This document shows, one piece after another, positions 60,443 to 64,000 of a stretch of 64,000 bases of DNA; position 1 is the stretch's first letter, and every line of letters starts with the position of its first letter. The position numbers were made by a program, and so were the translations under genes. The notes beneath the pieces are model-generated. The model was given only the letters and a program-made list of their open reading frames with translations, ran no database searches and was not told where the DNA came from. The stretch is taken from positions 70-64,069 of the forward strand of contig CAZMNN010000010.1 of the NCBI GenBank assembly GCA_964567665.1. Direction: 5' to 3'. Source of the stretch: an uncultured Lentisphaeraceae bacterium. GTDB taxonomy: Bacteria; Verrucomicrobiota; Kiritimatiellia; RFP12; UBA1067.

Positions 60443-63172
60443 ATGAAGAATGTGTATGTCTGTGCTGTTGCATTGTTTTGCAGCCTTATTGCCTGTGCTG
60501 CGCCGTTGCCTTTTGACGGATGGTTCTGCGACCCGTTGGGTTGGCGCATTCAGACCGACGGAGTAAAGGCCTGTGGCGTCAACGGCTTCGCCTGGTCGCA
60601 GGCGCAGTGTGCGAAGCGCGTGTCGTTTTCTGTGCGCATCACGCCGGAGACCGTTCTTTCGCGAACTGGGTGGCCGATTTGCGGCATAGCCATCGGAACA
60701 GATGAGGACAACCGCTGGTCGCTTCAGCTGGTTCGAACTCCGGATGCGAACGGCGCAAAGTGCTATTTCGAGTTCTTTGAGGTTCTGGACGGCAAGGGGC
60801 TTCGCGATTCTGAAACCGGGTTGCGTCTGCGCAGTAGCGTCGGGGCGGATGTCTCATGGTCGGTCGGCGAGACGTATGTGTTTTCGCTTGATTTGGATGA
60901 AAAGGGCATATCGGCGAATGTGTCAGACGCATCTATGCGTGTGATATGGTCGCGAGGATACGATTTCGGTTCCACACGTGCGGTGCGTTCCGGCGCACCG
61001 GCGCTTCGGTCGCATCCGGGGCTTGAGGTCTCATTCACCGGACTTGATCTTGTGGCGTCAGATGTCTGTGGCGGTTTGGCTGGACGTCCAAAGCCGCGTC
61101 CCGCCCCCGCCTACGTTCCGGTTGACGCAATCAGCGTAAAGGCGTCCCACGCAACGGGATATTTTCGCGTTGAGAACATTCCGGGCGGACGGTGGCGCGT
61201 CTTGGATCCGCTTGGAAACGAGACGTTCCTTCGTGGCGTAGACCATGTGCGCTACGTCGGGCATCGCACCGATTGCACAAACCCACCGCGCCGGTACTAC
61301 AAGGAGTGGAACGATGCGCATTACCCTTCGGTCGCCGCCTGGGCTGAGGAGACTGTCGGGCGACTGCGCGATTGGGGGTTCAATATGCTTGGCGGGGATC
61401 CTTCGCAGGAGTTGCTTCATCGCGGACTGCCCGCTGTCGTGGGGCTGAACATCGGCAAGACGCTTGGCCTTCCCGGACGAGCGGCTGACCTGATGATGCG
61501 TCCGGCAAGCGGAGGATCCTTCCCGAATGTATTTCATCCGGATTTCGCAAGGTGGTGCGACTACTGGGCTACGGTTCGCTGTGCGCCGAACAGGAACGAT
61601 CCGTGGATTGTCGGGTACTTTCTCGACAACGAACTTGAATGGGGGGCGCACGGGCCAAATGCGACGGGACTTTACGATATGTCCCTTTCCCTTGATACGC
61701 ACCATTCGGCGAGACGGGCCGCCGAGGCGTTCGCCCGCAAGTGCGGTGTCAAGCGTCCGGCAGAGGCTTCTGCAGACGTCAAGCGCGCATTTCTGGAAAT
61801 GGCCGCAGAGAGGTATTTTTCCGAAACGGTGGGCGCAATCCGTCGTCACGATCCGAACCATATGGTGCTGGGCGTCCGTTTTGCGGGTCTGGCGGGCGCA
61901 GATCCGGTTGTCTGGAAGGTGTGCGGCAAGTACTGCGACATCGTTTCCGTCAACTGCTATCCATGGGTGGATCTTGACAGCGGAGAGGTGATGACCTTCC
62001 GTGGACGCGATTCCGAACTGGTGGCGGATGCCTTTCTGCGCCATAGCGGAATTTCGGGCAAGCCATTGATGGTGACGGAATGGAGCTTTCCTGCGCTTGA
62101 CGCGGGATTGCCGTCAACCTGCGGATGCGGTCAGCGGTTTCAGACGCAACGGCAGCGAGCCTCGGCGACGGCGGCATTCGCCCGTACGATGATTTCGCTC
62201 CCGTGCGTTGTCGGCTACGACTATTTCATGTGGGTGGATCAGCCGCCGGAAGGGCTGAGACCTTCCTTTGGAGAGAACTCGAACTATGGACTGGTTTCGG
62301 AAAAGGGCGTTGTCTACAAGGAGGTGGCGGAGGCGTTGAAAATCCAGCATATGCGCGTTGAAGAGATCCGGCGCAAAGGATGGACTCGGCCCCGCACTCT
62401 GCCGTCCGCCAATCCTGAGCCGATGACGTGTGCGGCCTTTGCCGCGCTTCACGGCATTGCGCCGACAGCACGGCCGAATGTATCCGACGATGGCTGGCGT
62501 TGGTCGAACTCAGCAGGGATGACGCTGTTTGGACGGAAAGGGGCGGACGCTCCCGTTGAAAGCGTGACGCTGAACGGAACGGATCTTGGCAGCTTCAATG
62601 TAATGCTGCAGATGTCGTACAACGGCACTTGGAGCTTCGCAGATTCGTCTTCAGTTGTTGGAATCCGCAGATCCGGCGATGCGATTGTCGTTACCGCACG
62701 AGGCGGATGCGGTGATGTGCAGTTTGAGACAGACGTTCGCATCGTACTTGACGGGTCGCGCCCTGCCTTTCTGGCGGAACTGATGAGTCTGCGCAACTGC
62801 GGAACTGCACCTCTCATTTGTGCGGACATACTGCTTCGCCAGTATTCGCCGTTCATGGAAGAGAGCCGTTCCGACGTTCCGGATCTCTGGAATGCGCCTT
62901 GGGCGGCTGGCTGGTTCGCGAATGATGGCCGATGGTTTGGCGCCTGCACCCGCTCGCCGGAGATAAGGCGATTCTGGTATTGGAAATCGCATCCGGATGC
63001 AGTTTACGCCGTTACGCCCGCAGGGACGGATCCGCTTGTGCTTAAACCCGGAGATGTCCGCTCCTTTGACGGACGGCTGTGGGAGCTGTGCCTTGGCGGA
63101 ACGGAAGGTGGACGGGTGGCCTTTGAACGGCAGCTGTCCATCTTTCTCCCAGCCGTCGTCCGCAACCTTTAA
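60443..63172 (+). CDS. Secreted glycoside hydrolase, GH50/agarase-like TIM barrel with accessory domains
   Basis: TGYFRVE...RWRVLDPLG..FLRGV, LRDWGFNMLG, FPNVFHPDF, WIVGYFLDNEL, DPNHMVLGVRF, KPLMVTEW, GENSNYGLV. Confidence 0.7.
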   Translation: MKNVYVCAVALFCSLIACAAPLPFDGWFCDPLGWRIQTDGVKACGVNGFAWSQAQCAKRVSFSVRITPETVLSRTGWPICGIAIGTDEDNRWSLQLVRTPDANGAKCYFEFFEVLDGKGLRDSETGLRLRSSVGADVSWSVGETYVFSLDLDEKGISANVSDASMRVIWSRGYDFGSTRAVRSGAPALRSHPGLEVSFTGLDLVASDVCGGLAGRPKPRPAPAYVPVDAISVKASHATGYFRVENIPGGRWRVLDPLGNETFLRGVDHVRYVGHRTDCTNPPRRYYKEWNDAHYPSVAAWAEETVGRLRDWGFNMLGGDPSQELLHRGLPAVVGLNIGKTLGLPGRAADLMMRPASGGSFPNVFHPDFARWCDYWATVRCAPNRNDPWIVGYFLDNELEWGAHGPNATGLYDMSLSLDTHHSARRAAEAFARKCGVKRPAEASADVKRAFLEMAAERYFSETVGAIRRHDPNHMVLGVRFAGLAGADPVVWKVCGKYCDIVSVNCYPWVDLDSGEVMTFRGRDSELVADAFLRHSGISGKPLMVTEWSFPALDAGLPSTCGCGQRFQTQRQRASATAAFARTMISLPCVVGYDYFMWVDQPPEGLRPSFGENSNYGLVSEKGVVYKEVAEALKIQHMRVEEIRRKGWTRPRTLPSANPEPMTCAAFAALHGIAPTARPNVSDDGWRWSNSAGMTLFGRKGADAPVESVTLNGTDLGSFNVMLQMSYNGTWSFADSSSVVGIRRSGDAIVVTARGGCGDVQFETDVRIVLDGSRPAFLAELMSLRNCGTAPLICADILLRQYSPFMEESRSDVPDLWNAPWAAGWFANDGRWFGACTRSPEIRRFWYWKSHPDAVYAVTPAGTDPLVLKPGDVRSFDGRLWELCLGGTEGGRVAFERQLSIFLPAVVRNL

Positions 63173-63279
63173 GGCCATCTGCCACTTCGTTCCGGGGCGA
63201 TTCGACAGATTGCACGTGACTCCTCAATTTCCCCCACTTGGCGCATGGCAATTTCAGCCGAAAATCCCTTCGTGCATTA

Positions 63280-63288
63280 TGGTATAAT
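63280..63288 (+). promoter_or_regulatory. Extended -10, probable leaderless transcript
   Basis: TG-g-TATAAT, 7 nt before ATG 63296. Confidence 0.6.
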
Positions 63289-63295
63289 TGCATCC

Positions 63296-64000
63296 ATGAG
63301 ACCGATAGCGACTACGACGAGCGATTTCGCGGACCTCCGCAGGAAGGGGTGCATCTACGTTGACAAGACGGCGTACTTCCACCGCCTCGTCACGGACGTG
63401 GGCACGAGCATGTTCTTCCTCGCACGTCCGCGCCGGTTCGGCAAGTCGCTCATGATCACCGCCTTGAAGGCGATCTTTCAGGGTCGGCGCGAGCTGTTCG
63501 ACGGGCTGGCCATCGCGGAGACGGACTGGGCGTGGGAGAAGTGGCCGGTCATCCACTTCAATTTCGGTCCCATCGACACGACGGATATTGGGGCGTTCGA
63601 CGCGGCGTTCGTCCCGACCGTCAGACGTTGCCTTGAAGAGGCGGGGTATGTCTATGACGATACGTTCCCGCCAAGCGTCAACTTCGGCCTTGCCATCGAC
63701 GGGCTGTCCGCCGCAAACGGCGGGAAGGGCGTGGTCATCCTGATCGACGAGTACGACGCGCCCGTCTCCCATGCGCTTGACAGACCGGAGCTTGCCGAGG
63801 CGATCCGCAGCCGCCTGTCCTCTTTCTATACGGTAATGAAGGATCGTACTGGCGACATCCGCTTCCTGATGATGACGGGCGTATCGAAGTTCACGAAGAT
63901 GTCCGTGTTCTCCGCGCTCAACAACATCGTGGACGTGTCGATGCGCCGCGAATACGCGACGATGCTCGGCTACACGGAGGAGGAGCTGTCGGCGAACTTC
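63296..64000 (+). CDS. AAA-ATPase-like protein (family usually fused to a C-terminal PD-(D/E)xK nuclease), truncated by window end
   Basis: Manual translation MRPIATTTSDFADLRRKGCIYVDKTAY...FLARPRRFGKSL...LIDEYDAP...LMMTGVSKFTKMSVFSALNN. Confidence 0.88.
   Translation, partial: MRPIATTTSDFADLRRKGCIYVDKTAYFHRLVTDVGTSMFFLARPRRFGKSLMITALKAIFQGRRELFDGLAIAETDWAWEKWPVIHFNFGPIDTTDIGAFDAAFVPTVRRCLEEAGYVYDDTFPPSVNFGLAIDGLSAANGGKGVVILIDEYDAPVSHALDRPELAEAIRSRLSSFYTVMKDRTGDIRFLMMTGVSKFTKMSVFSALNNIVDVSMRREYATMLGYTEEELSANF

Overview
GC-rich bacterial chromosomal window, almost all on the + strand. It probably comes from a PVC-superphylum organism (Kiritimatiellae-like); this is an inference from protein architectures. 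It mixes housekeeping genes (icd, split metH, coaE, rho, uvrA, folC, ybeY, tRNA-Thr(TGT)) with many large secreted glycan-active or adhesin-like proteins. It also carries a C5-methyltransferase + NotI-family endonuclease pair and a cobalamin riboswitch-btuB-like-tonB unit. I found no CRISPR array, IS or prophage. The strongest unexplained signal is six A9/A10 runs, five of them at the 5' end of a large secreted-protein gene: three inside promoter -35/-10 regions and two between an ATG and a signal peptide that is one base out of frame. Four giant secreted proteins in these same units end in a shared C-terminal motif, G-[ML]-[TKR]-[IV]-x-[IV]-[RF]-COOH. Together these suggest a slippage-controlled (phase-variable) surface-protein repertoire with its own sorting signal. 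Homopolymer sequencing error has not been excluded.
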